DNA from: Candidatus Micrarchaeia archaeon
Lineage (GTDB): Archaea; Micrarchaeota; Micrarchaeia; Anstonellales; Anstonellaceae
Reading direction: 5' to 3'
DNA length: 64,000 nt
Assembly (NCBI GenBank): GCA_041663445.1
Contig: JBAYMR010000005.1
Location: forward strand, 996-64,995
Shown here: in pieces, positions 7,619 to 16,128 of the stretch
Position numbering within the stretch: position 1 is the stretch's first letter
Layout of the letters: the number at the start of each line of letters is the position of its first letter
Notes under the pieces: model-generated
Seen by the model: the letters and a program-made list of their open reading frames with translations, nothing else
Databases searched by the model: none
Told to the model about the DNA's origin: nothing
Made by a program: the position numbers and the translations under genes

Positions 7619-9007
7619 TTACTTTTTTGCCGAGCTTAGAATCAGGCCGACTATGCCGCGCGCCTCGGCAGGCTTGCCGCACGTCCGCTTGCCAAGCACC
7701 AGCCGCTTCTTTTTCACGTCGTAGCGGTAGCCGAGCTTCATGAGGCACTCCTTTGTGCCGAGCTTTTTCTTTTCCTTGAGCTCGGCGAGGAGCTTTTGCG
7801 CGAATGCAAAGCTGCCTATGCTTGCAAGCTCGGCTGCGAGCCGCTCCTGCAGGAAAGTGCCGTCCTCCTCCTGGTCGGATGTCATGCCGAGCGCGGCTGC
7901 GAGCGCGACGTGGTAGTCCTTGGGGTGGAGCCTGAAATAGTAGCGGAGCATCTCGCGCACCGAGGCGAGCCGCACAACGGCCGAGTCCTGCGCGGTGCTG
8001 CGGAGCTTTTGGGGCACGAGCGCGAGCTTGGTGGCGCCGCCGTGCGGCTTGGACGACCCAACCCCGCCCTCCTCGCCGGACCACGCATCGTCCTCTATCA
8101 CGAGAAGGAGGGATGCCATCAAATCATCGGCCTGGAAGTTCGACGCCTGCAGGCTGTCGCGCAGGTCCCCGACCACTTTCCTCTCCTTTTCCGCGTTCCC
8201 GCGCGCGTAATCGCCAATCACAGGCGCCATTTGCTCGATTGCGCCTGAAACTTCGCCTGCCTTTTGCCCGTAGGCGGAAGAGAAATGAGACAATGACAGT
8301 GCGCCCTGGGCGGCATTTTGGCCCATTGACGCTTGGCTTGTTGGCAGTGATGACGCCATGCTTCGGCTTTTTGCCGCGCGGATTGTGATGGCGGCCCCGG
8401 TTGGCCCGCCGAACGCGCCGCCCTTTTTTTCCTCATCTGGCTTTTTGAAAAGCGAGCTGAATTTCCAGCCTGCAACCCCGGTTGCGCCTGTTGCCCCGTC
8501 GGCATGGGTGGCTCCGGCAGCCGCCTCGCCTGCGCTGGCAGCAATGCTCTCGCCTGCACCGGCAGCAACGCTCTCGCCCTTTTTGCCCTTTGCCTCCTCA
8601 GCCGCAGCCTGCCCCTGCTGCGCCTTCTTTTCCTCCGCCCTTTTCATCTCCACCCCAATCCAAGCCTGCCGCATCTCCTGCTCGATTGAGAATTTTTTCA
8701 TGTTCATTGCGGCGGCTGAAAGCGAGGCGGGGAGCACTATTTTCTTGCCGAGGGCCTCGGCGCGCGCGGATTGCTCCTTCCGCTGGGCGTGGAGCGACAG
8801 GAAGAGATAATCGAAGAAAAGGTTGCGCTGCCCGGTTGAAAGGTCGGAAAGGGGATTGCCCACGGGCGAGAAGGTCAGGAGGGAGAGAAGGGGAAGCGAG
8901 GCGTCCTTTGCGCTGGCGGCTGCTTTCGCGCTTGCAGGCGCCCTTGCAATTTCCTTTGCATCGGATGGCGCCTCAAGCTGGGGCATGACCTGCGAAGAGG
9001 ATGGCAT
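7619..9007 (-). CDS. hypothetical protein with Ala/Gly/Lys-rich central region
   Basis: 462-aa ORF with no recognisable domain. It is the longest frame here and other overlapping ORFs are shorter. The C-terminus is basic. Confidence 0.55.
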   Translation of the reverse strand: MPSSSQVMPQLEAPSDAKEIARAPASAKAAASAKDASLPLLSLLTFSPVGNPLSDLSTGQRNLFFDYLFLSLHAQRKEQSARAEALGKKIVLPASLSAAAMNMKKFSIEQEMRQAWIGVEMKRAEEKKAQQGQAAAEEAKGKKGESVAAGAGESIAASAGEAAAGATHADGATGATGVAGWKFSSLFKKPDEEKKGGAFGGPTGAAITIRAAKSRSMASSLPTSQASMGQNAAQGALSLSHFSSAYGQKAGEVSGAIEQMAPVIGDYARGNAEKERKVVGDLRDSLQASNFQADDLMASLLLVIEDDAWSGEEGGVGSSKPHGGATKLALVPQKLRSTAQDSAVVRLASVREMLRYYFRLHPKDYHVALAAALGMTSDQEEDGTFLQERLAAELASIGSFAFAQKLLAELKEKKKLGTKECLMKLGYRYDVKKKRLVLGKRTCGKPAEARGIVGLILSSAKK

Positions 9008-9173
9008 GGGATGAAAAAGCAGCTGAAATTTAAAACACTGCGCAACGTGGAGCCGCGCCAGTGTGTGGATACCCTATGCACTGTTCAATATTGCTCAACA
9101 TAATGCGCGCTATCAGGCATGCCAGGCGAGAAACGGCTTTTGCAGCGATGCCACCCGAGATGGCATGCCTGCG

Positions 9174-10421
9174 CTAACCGCTTCTTTCAAGCAGGAATTC
9201 CACTACGGGCTTGCGTTCCACCTTTCCGTCGCGCCCGCGCGCGTCGCGCGTGAGAATGAGCCCTCGCGGGCAGGAAAACCTGGCCATGAACTTTTCCATG
9301 CCCGATGAATCCGCTTTTTTTCCCCATTTTATCTCGACCGGTAGGGGCTTGCCGCCAGAATCGAGGACCATGTCCACCTCGTCCTTCTGCGGGGTGCGCC
9401 AGAAGAATTGCGCGCCTGAATGGAGCACGCATGCCGTTTCCACCAGCCTTGACGCGTGAAGCTCGTCCGCGGCAGGGGTGAGCGCGGAGCATGCGAATGC
9501 GGGGTAATATTTCTTCAGCTTGCGCTCGGTGGAAGTGCGGGATTTCGAGAAATTGTAAATCTTCCTCACCAGAAGCGAAGCCTCGAGTGCGTAGAGGTAT
9601 TTGGAAAGCGTCTGGCGAGAGACCCCCAGATCCTTGGACAGCGAGCTTGCCTCAACCAAAAGCCCGGGTGTTTCAATTATTATGTTCATCATTGCCTGCA
9701 TGATTGACGGCTCTTCTATGGAAAAAAGCCGCGGGACGTCCGAAAAAAGGACCTTTTCCAATATGGACTCGCGGACATACTTGCGCACCAATGCCGCGTC
9801 CTTGGCGCCCACAAGCTCAGGAAACCCGCCGGTGAGCAGGTATTCTGTAAAAAGGGCGCGGAGCTCCGCCGCATTCAGCCTTGGGTTCGCACCCAGGCCT
9901 GAGAAGGCGGCATATTCCGAAAAGGAAAGCGGTTTCAGCTGGAACTCGTATATCCTTCCGGCAAGGCTTTCGCGCGCCTTGCCTCTGATGAAGAGGGATT
10001 CCGAGCCTGAAAGGAATATCTTGTGCCGGCCGGAATCATAAAGGCGCTTGACCTTTTCCTGCCAGTTTGGCACTTTTTGTATTTCGTCGAAGAACAGGTA
10101 TTTCGGCTCAATGCCGTTTATCGCCTTTGCAATGGATGGCAGCCCGTGCGGGTCGGCATCGGCAAAGTCGTCAAATGAGAAATACATGATGGACGTCGCT
10201 TCGTTTTTTTTGAGAAGCTCGCCTATTGTCCTGTAGATGAGCATTGTCTTGCCGGTCCTGCGCAGGCCGGTGATGGCAATCATCTGGCGCTGCGGCAGGT
10301 ATTTTTCGATTTGGCCCGAAAGCTCGCGCGGAAATATGCCCTGCGCCGGCGCGCCGCCCTTCCACCATGGGTTGAGCTCCACTGCCGCGCGCTCCAATTT
10401 TATGTCATCCATAGTTAACAC
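9174..10421 (-). CDS. AAA+ ATPase (AAA_14 / DUF4143 family)
   Basis: Walker A motif GLRRTGKT, Walker B-like LFFDEIQ, and a C-terminal DUF4143-like region. Confidence 0.8.
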   Translation of the reverse strand: MLTMDDIKLERAAVELNPWWKGGAPAQGIFPRELSGQIEKYLPQRQMIAITGLRRTGKTMLIYRTIGELLKKNEATSIMYFSFDDFADADPHGLPSIAKAINGIEPKYLFFDEIQKVPNWQEKVKRLYDSGRHKIFLSGSESLFIRGKARESLAGRIYEFQLKPLSFSEYAAFSGLGANPRLNAAELRALFTEYLLTGGFPELVGAKDAALVRKYVRESILEKVLFSDVPRLFSIEEPSIMQAMMNIIIETPGLLVEASSLSKDLGVSRQTLSKYLYALEASLLVRKIYNFSKSRTSTERKLKKYYPAFACSALTPAADELHASRLVETACVLHSGAQFFWRTPQKDEVDMVLDSGGKPLPVEIKWGKKADSSGMEKFMARFSCPRGLILTRDARGRDGKVERKPVVEFLLERSG

Positions 10422-10518
10422 CGAATTAATTCTATGTTAGTTATACTTAACATAGATTTATAACGATTCTGGAAGCCCTGCCCGTGCGGAAAGGAATAAA
10501 AGTTTCGCCCCCCCCCCA

Positions 10519-11235
10519 ATGGATATGCAGCATTGTTTTCGCGGGCAGGAGGCAAATGAGTTGAGCTCTTGCTCAACTGCTCGCCCCCTACTCGGCCAAG
10601 GGGCGACTGAATATCTTGTCCTACTCGCAGTCGTACTAATCGTTGCACTTGTGTCAGTCGCGCTGCTTGGCTTTATGCCGGGAATGGCGTCGGATGCGCA
10701 GATGACACAGTCGCAGATATACTGGTCGAGCGCAAGCCCGATTGCTGTGAGCGAGATGGCGGCGAGATACAGCTCGGGTTGGGGGGCAGCTGTCATTTCA
10801 ATGAAGATGAAGAACCAGGGCGCATACCCAATAAGGATAACGAAGCTGATTGGCGGAAGCAAGTGTATGGCAACTGGAATGTACTGCGATTCAGGCAGAT
10901 GCGGCATAGATGGATACCATAATCTCAGCGACTACTACTACATTGGGGCTGGAGATGAAATAGTCATTGGCAGTTATTTTGGGGGGCAATACAAGTATGG
11001 GGCATCCCTGATTAGTTTAGATGCGCCCGGCAGCACAAGTTGCAATGCAACGGGAAGCTATCCATGGTATTTGTATGGGGCAAAAACCGTGTGCCAGAAC
11101 TCGAACTCAACACCAGGCACGCTGCAGATAGACAATTTTGGATTCGAGTACATCCAATACATGGAGGGGCAGCAAATAACGAAAAGGGAGATTGGAAACA
11201 AGCCGCTTGTCGTGAAATGCATTGAGCCGGACTAG
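10519..11235 (+). CDS. archaeal type IV pilin-like protein (class III signal peptide)
   Basis: LLGQGATEYLVLLAVVLIVALV matches the prepilin-peptidase site plus hydrophobic helix. The true start may be internal. Confidence 0.6.
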   Translation: MDMQHCFRGQEANELSSCSTARPLLGQGATEYLVLLAVVLIVALVSVALLGFMPGMASDAQMTQSQIYWSSASPIAVSEMAARYSSGWGAAVISMKMKNQGAYPIRITKLIGGSKCMATGMYCDSGRCGIDGYHNLSDYYYIGAGDEIVIGSYFGGQYKYGASLISLDAPGSTSCNATGSYPWYLYGAKTVCQNSNSTPGTLQIDNFGFEYIQYMEGQQITKREIGNKPLVVKCIEPD

Positions 11236-12806
11236 CCCATTATCTCCTGCGCGATTTTCTCCGGCTCGAACGGAATCAGGTCGGCATAAGCCTGCCCGAC
11301 GCCGAGATAGAGCACCGGGATGCCTGTTGACTTTGTGAGCGAGAGCGCGGTGCCGCCCTTGGCATCGCAGTCTATTTTCGTGAGTATGGCGCCGTCCATG
11401 CCTATCGCCTCGTCAAACGCGCGCACCTGGTCAAGAAGCGAGTTGCCGCCTATGCTCTCGCCGATGTAGATTTTGATGTCTGGCTTTGCCACGCGGCTTA
11501 TTTTCTTGAGCTCGTCCAGCAGGTTGGCGTTGGTGTCCTGCCTCCCTGCCGAGTCTATAAGGACAACGTCAATGCTGTGCGTGCGCGCGAAATTCACCGC
11601 GTCGAACGCCACCGACGCCGGGTCTGCGCCGTATTTGCTCTTCACCACCTTCACCCCGAGCTTTCCGGCATGCACCTCGGTCTGCTCGATTGCCGCCGCC
11701 CTGAAGGTGTCTGATGCCGAGAAAACGACAGTCATGCCGCTTTGCAGCAGCATGTGCGCGACCTTTGCCATCGTGGTCGTCTTGCCCGCCCCGTTGGGCC
11801 CCACGAAAAGTATCTTGGCTGGCTTTGGAAGGGAGCGCACGCGCGAGACAAGGTCGAACTTGCGCTCCGAAGTCATCACGCCCGCAAGCACTTCCTGTAT
11901 CGCCTCGCGCGTCTTCTCCTCCACCTTGCCCTTGGGCACCTTCATGCCCACCAGCCGGTTGCGGAGCTGCGAGGAGACGTCAAGCGAGACATCGTATGCG
12001 ACGTCGGCCTCGAGCAGGGAAAGCTCAAGCTCGGAAAGCAGCTCCGACACTTCGCCTTCGCCGATGGTTATTTCGTTCGAGAAAATCGATTTGAGCGCTG
12101 TGCCAATGCCTATCTTCGGCGCAATGTCCTTTTTGTCCGGTGCGGACGAGGCAGTGCGCTCCAGGCGCGAAAAATCGCGTTCCGCCTGCTTTGATATTTC
12201 CGGAAGAGCTTGCGCGGGTTCGGCAGGCACGGGAATTTTTTGGGGCAGGGCGGCTGGTTTTTGGATTTCAGCAGGCTTTGGCGCCGTTTGAATTGCTGGC
12301 TTGGGCTCTGACTTCCTAAAAAGAACGTCTATGATGGATTTTTTCTGCTCTTCTTTTTTTGGAGCGGCGTCGGCTTGCTTTGGAGGAATGGAAACGGGGG
12401 TTGGCTTTTGTTCTGGCACGGGTTCGGCTTGCCTTGTTACCTGCGGTTCGGGCTTTTTTTCCTCAACAGGCTCCGGGGCAGGCTTGGCCTCGACTGGTTT
12501 TGCATCGGCATGCCTTGATTTCCTTTCCGCTTTCAGTGTTTCTTTCTTCTCCGGCTTCGGCGCAGGCTCTTCCTTCTTTTTCATTTTTGGCGCTTCCTTC
12601 TTTTCCGGTTTTTTCACTTCGGCTGCCTTTTTTTCCCCGGCAACGACTGGCTTTGCTTCTTCAGGAGGCGCTGTTGCCGGGGTTGCCTTCGCTTTGCTTG
12701 GCAACTGCGCGCCATCCTCTGCCGAAGCTTGCGCTGCCTTTTGCTCTTCCTTGCCAGAAAGGCCCTTGATAAAACTAGCGAGCTTGTTCTTTAGAAGGCC
12801 GAACAT
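11232..12806 (-). CDS. ftsY: signal recognition particle receptor FtsY
   Basis: C-terminal NG domain with GPNGAGKTTT and DTAGR-like DSAGRQ motifs. About 220 aa of Lys/Pro/Glu/Ala-rich N-terminal extension. Confidence 0.9.
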   Translation of the reverse strand: MFGLLKNKLASFIKGLSGKEEQKAAQASAEDGAQLPSKAKATPATAPPEEAKPVVAGEKKAAEVKKPEKKEAPKMKKKEEPAPKPEKKETLKAERKSRHADAKPVEAKPAPEPVEEKKPEPQVTRQAEPVPEQKPTPVSIPPKQADAAPKKEEQKKSIIDVLFRKSEPKPAIQTAPKPAEIQKPAALPQKIPVPAEPAQALPEISKQAERDFSRLERTASSAPDKKDIAPKIGIGTALKSIFSNEITIGEGEVSELLSELELSLLEADVAYDVSLDVSSQLRNRLVGMKVPKGKVEEKTREAIQEVLAGVMTSERKFDLVSRVRSLPKPAKILFVGPNGAGKTTTMAKVAHMLLQSGMTVVFSASDTFRAAAIEQTEVHAGKLGVKVVKSKYGADPASVAFDAVNFARTHSIDVVLIDSAGRQDTNANLLDELKKISRVAKPDIKIYIGESIGGNSLLDQVRAFDEAIGMDGAILTKIDCDAKGGTALSLTKSTGIPVLYLGVGQAYADLIPFEPEKIAQEIMG

Positions 12807-13218
12807 TGCGCTCCTCCTCTACGCCTATAGCGCTTGCGCGCTTGGTGAGCGTGTCTATTGCGCTTATCACCTGCGCCATGTCCTCCTGCGCGGATTTCAT
12901 GGCGTCGGCAATCTTCTTTTGCCTCTCCACCAGGACGCCAAGCGCCTCCTCGGGCTTTTTCTGCACCATGACGCCTGCGCCGATGTTCATCACCACGTGG
13001 TCGAAATCCGGCTTCTGGCAGGAGAAGAATATGCCCGCGCCGATTGGCACCAGCGTGTCGCCCTTCACCTTCTTGATGTTCTGGAGCGCCTCCATTGCGG
13101 TGGAAATCTCAAGCGAGGAATTTTGCATTCCCTGTATCTGCTGGCGGATGGCTTCGCCGCGAGACTGCTGCATCTGAAGCTCGCCTTCTATGTTGTTAAG
13201 CTCCTCTTCATTTCCCAT
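12775..13218 (-). CDS. pfdA: prefoldin alpha subunit
   Basis: Coiled coils flank LVPIGAGIFF and NIGAGVMV beta hairpins. Start chosen at MGNEEEL; an alternative upstream start is at 13233. Confidence 0.8.
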   Translation of the reverse strand: MGNEEELNNIEGELQMQQSRGEAIRQQIQGMQNSSLEISTAMEALQNIKKVKGDTLVPIGAGIFFSCQKPDFDHVVMNIGAGVMVQKKPEEALGVLVERQKKIADAMKSAQEDMAQVISAIDTLTKRASAIGVEEERNVRPSKEQAR

Positions 13219-13253
13219 AAGCGCACCCCGCAACTTCCCGCAGCAAAGCGGAA

Positions 13254-13430
13254 TCAGATCTTGTCCACAGAGGCTATCTTGATGGCTGACCTTTTAATGC
13301 CTGCGTTGCTGCCGAAAAGCGAGTACGTCGTCTCACGCGCGAGCTTCTCGGAAGGGGCTTCGACCTGCTTTTCAAAAGGCCTTGCCACGCCGTCCGTGCT
13401 TGTCGTTCCCGTCACCAAAAATTTTGCCAT
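13254..13430 (-). CDS. rplX: 50S ribosomal protein LX (L18Ae/L20A)
   Basis: Not in the track (58 aa). Hand translation: MAKFLVTGTTSTDGVARPFEKQVEAPSEKLARETTYSLFGSNAGIKRSAIKIASVDKI. Sits in the expected operon position between aIF6 and prefoldin. Confidence 0.75.
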   Translation of the reverse strand: MAKFLVTGTTSTDGVARPFEKQVEAPSEKLARETTYSLFGSNAGIKRSAIKIASVDKI

Positions 13431-13448
13431 ATTATCACCATTTGAGCG

Positions 13449-14111
13449 TTATATCAGGTCAAGCCCCGAAACTGCGCGGCCCATCTCGAAGCCGGTGCAG
13501 GCTTCGCCGAAGAGCGCGTGCTTGGAGTTTGCCACCGCGCCAAGCGCGGGGAATGCCACGCCTGTGTTGAGCGTGCCGTTCACGCCCTGCACGTGAAGTA
13601 TTGAGTGAAGCTCTTTTAACTCTTCCTCGGAGCAGCGGTTGTGCGCCATGAAGCCCTTGTTGGTGGCCAAAATCGCGCTTCCCGACGTATTATAGCCGGC
13701 CACCGCCCTTCCCACCGCCTCGACGCCCAGGCAGTCGGATATTTTCCTTGCCATCTCCTTCGGGATTTCGGGGTTTATCACCGCGCCGAAGTCGTTTGCA
13801 GCCACGTTGTTGCCTGCCGCGCAGAACCTGCCTGGAAGGGAGAAAATATTGAGCCCGTGCGAGCGGAGGGCGGAGATTTCCGCCTTGTCGCAGAACGACG
13901 GGATGATTGCCCCTGTGGAGTTGAACGTTAGGTAGATGCCCACCAGCCCGCTGGAGCCGAATGACGCGTGCAGTATTGGGATTTCGAATGCCTCGAGCGC
14001 AGAAAGCATCTTTGGGGCGGCAGTGACGTCAGCCGCTATGAGCCTGTCTGATGCGCGCGCGAAAAGCCCTATGTGCGGGTTGCCAAAATTGCTTGTTTTC
14101 GGGAATTCCAT
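13449..14111 (-). CDS. eif6: translation initiation factor 6 (aIF6)
   Basis: 220 aa with the pentameric repeat pattern and typical aIF6 sequence. Conserved operon position. Confidence 0.9.
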   Translation of the reverse strand: MEFPKTSNFGNPHIGLFARASDRLIAADVTAAPKMLSALEAFEIPILHASFGSSGLVGIYLTFNSTGAIIPSFCDKAEISALRSHGLNIFSLPGRFCAAGNNVAANDFGAVINPEIPKEMARKISDCLGVEAVGRAVAGYNTSGSAILATNKGFMAHNRCSEEELKELHSILHVQGVNGTLNTGVAFPALGAVANSKHALFGEACTGFEMGRAVSGLDLI

Positions 14112-14172
14112 GAGAGCACCGGATTAGGATTGGCTGAAAAATAAAAAGAAAAATAAATGAGGGGAAAAGAAG

Positions 14173-14682
14173 CTACTTGGGCTTGGCAGCCCCGGGCGCC
14201 GAAGCAGCCGTTTTTGCAGGCGCGGATTGCGCCGGCTTCGCTGCTTGGGCGGATGCTGGAGCTGCTTGAGCCTTCGGCGATTGTGCGCCGCCCGCCGTTG
14301 CAGGCGCCGCCTTTGAGTCAGCCGTTTTCTTTTCCTCGGCCTTCTTCGCAGCCTCTCCACTCTTCTTCTTGTCCTCTGTTTCCTTCTTTTTCTTGTCGGC
14401 GGACGCCTTTATCGTTTCCTCTTCGCCGATAAGCCACACGCGCACGAGCGCGTCGTCGCCTTTCACCATGCGCACCTTTATCCTGCGCGGCGGCTTCTCT
14501 ATGCCGTCGCGGAGTATGGTGCTGTTCACGCCCTCGGAGACGCGCACGTCGTCAGCCTTCATGTGGCGGAGCGCGAATTCCTGTATGAGGCGGATTGCGC
14601 GCTTCCCGCGCTTGTTCCTTGGGTGCTCGAATGCATCACGAAGCGGTATTGTGTATATCCTTTCAAGATTTGCCATATCCAT
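14173..14682 (-). CDS. rpl31e: 50S ribosomal protein L31e with long Lys/Ala-rich C-terminal tail
   Basis: The N-terminal ~90 aa match L31e (ERIYTIPLR, RIKVRM). A further ~80 aa are low-complexity K/A/E/P sequence. Confidence 0.85.
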   Translation of the reverse strand: MDMANLERIYTIPLRDAFEHPRNKRGKRAIRLIQEFALRHMKADDVRVSEGVNSTILRDGIEKPPRRIKVRMVKGDDALVRVWLIGEEETIKASADKKKKETEDKKKSGEAAKKAEEKKTADSKAAPATAGGAQSPKAQAAPASAQAAKPAQSAPAKTAASAPGAAKPK

Positions 14683-14687
14683 TCACC

Positions 14688-14867
14688 TTAGTTGAGCCTG
14701 TGGCGCTTCTGCGAGCGCATTTTCAGCTTGTGGCTGCGCCACGCGCGGACCTCGCGGTTCTGCGTGACTTTCCTGTTTGTCTTTGCAATCACGAAAAGCG
14801 GGATGCGCCTGTTCCTCTTTATCATCTTGCCAAGCGTCGCTTTCGACCTGGTTGTTTTCTTGCTCAT
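14688..14867 (-). CDS. rpl39e: 50S ribosomal protein L39e
   Basis: Not in the track (59 aa). Hand translation: MSKKTTRSKATLGKMIKRNRRIPLFVIAKTNRKVTQNREVRAWRSHKLKMRSQKRHRLN. Confidence 0.85.
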   Translation of the reverse strand: MSKKTTRSKATLGKMIKRNRRIPLFVIAKTNRKVTQNREVRAWRSHKLKMRSQKRHRLN

Positions 14868-14885
14868 AAATTCACCTTTTGAACA

Positions 14886-15236
14886 TCAGCCTATGTAACT
14901 CTGCTGCGCCTGCTTCTCCTTGTTTTCGCGCTTGCTGCGCTTGTCGTGCACTTCCCTGTACTCCTGCCACATCTTCTCGGCCTGCTTGCCCTTGAGAATC
15001 TTCACTATCACGTTTCTTGGCACTGGGACGGACATGCCGCTTTCAGGGCGGTAGTCGCAAAGCACCAAGTCGCCCTCGCGCACTTTTTTCGCGAGTTTGG
15101 GCGCAACAATCATTGTGAGGACATTGTCGTCCCACATGTGGAGCGTAGCCTGCACCGACGCGTCGGCGGACGCTATTCCCTTGTCGGACGGCGACAGCAC
15201 TGCAACGATTTTTCCCGGGTGGTACATGGACATCAC
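14886..15236 (-). CDS. hypothetical protein embedded in the ribosomal superoperon
   Basis: 116-aa ORF abutting the upstream gene (15237) with no gap. No family recognised. Confidence 0.55.
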   Translation of the reverse strand: MMSMYHPGKIVAVLSPSDKGIASADASVQATLHMWDDNVLTMIVAPKLAKKVREGDLVLCDYRPESGMSVPVPRNVIVKILKGKQAEKMWQEYREVHDKRSKRENKEKQAQQSYIG

Positions 15237-15545
15237 TCATTTGGAGCGGAACTCAATCGAGGTTTCGCGCCGCTCGGTCATTTTCGCGAGCAGCGCATAA
15301 ATCTGCTCGTCGGAAATCTTTCCCATCTTCTTCCCGGACTGCGCGAGGTAGGCAAGCGAACTCACCACCTTGTTGTACAGCTCCGGGCTTGACATGCGCA
15401 CGTTTGACATGCGCTCGTACGCTTCCGGGGAAAGCATGTTCCTCAAAAGCTCCCTTTTCTGCATGTCGAGCTGAAGCGCCTGCAGCCTTTTTTGGTAAAG
15501 CTGCTGCGCAGACTCGTTTTCATCATCATCTTCTGGCAAATGCAC
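15237..15545 (-). CDS. PDCD5/TFAR19-like DNA-binding protein
   Basis: 102 aa. SPEAYERMSNVRMSSPELY matches the dsDNA_bind family. Conserved position next to S19e. Confidence 0.8.
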   Translation of the reverse strand: MHLPEDDDENESAQQLYQKRLQALQLDMQKRELLRNMLSPEAYERMSNVRMSSPELYNKVVSSLAYLAQSGKKMGKISDEQIYALLAKMTERRETSIEFRSK

Positions 15546-15549
15546 CGCC

Positions 15550-15957
15550 TCAGGAGGCCTCCTTTGCCGCGGCGTCCAGAAGCTTCTTCCCGGCTGCCGA
15601 GATTTCCCTGCCGGTCTTGCGCTTTACCATCAGGCCTGCCTTCTCCAGCGCCTGCATGCCCTTCCTTATGATTGCGCCGCCCGCCTTCCTCTTCTTCTCG
15701 GGCCTCACGCCGCGGATTTTCTTTCCGCCGAAGTGCGAGCGGAGGCTGCTTGTGCCCACCTTGCCGTTGACATAGGCATTCCTGAGGATGGCAGCGAGCC
15801 TTATGTACCAGAAGTTCTTCTGCTGGGGCATCCTTTCCCTGTGCGAGCCGGACTTCACCGTGCCCACCCAGGCGGGGGGCGCTATGCCCATGCCCTCGAG
15901 CTTTGCAGCCGTCTTTGCAACCAGCTTGTTTGGTACTACGTCGTAAACCGTCACCAT
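15550..15957 (-). CDS. rps19e: 30S ribosomal protein S19e
   Basis: 135 aa with typical S19e sequence (VKSGSHRERMPQQKNFWYIRLAAILR). Confidence 0.9.
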   Translation of the reverse strand: MVTVYDVVPNKLVAKTAAKLEGMGIAPPAWVGTVKSGSHRERMPQQKNFWYIRLAAILRNAYVNGKVGTSSLRSHFGGKKIRGVRPEKKRKAGGAIIRKGMQALEKAGLMVKRKTGREISAAGKKLLDAAAKEAS

Positions 15958-16128
15958 TCGAACACCTCATCTAGGAACATTGAAACTTTCTCATTTGCGC
16001 CGCGCTTGCAGCCGTTCAGCCGTTGCTTCCGGAAAGCCTGACAGAAGGCGAAACTCAGCCTCATCCGCTCCGGAAAAGCTGTGTTATACGGCGCGGATGG
16101 GTATATAAAACCATATCCCAGCCTGGCA

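Noticed and set aside
8350-8700. Ala-rich repetitive coding stretch with several overlapping ORFs on both strands.
   Set aside because: This is a low-complexity GC-rich region of the 462-aa orphan gene. The alternative frames have no independent support.
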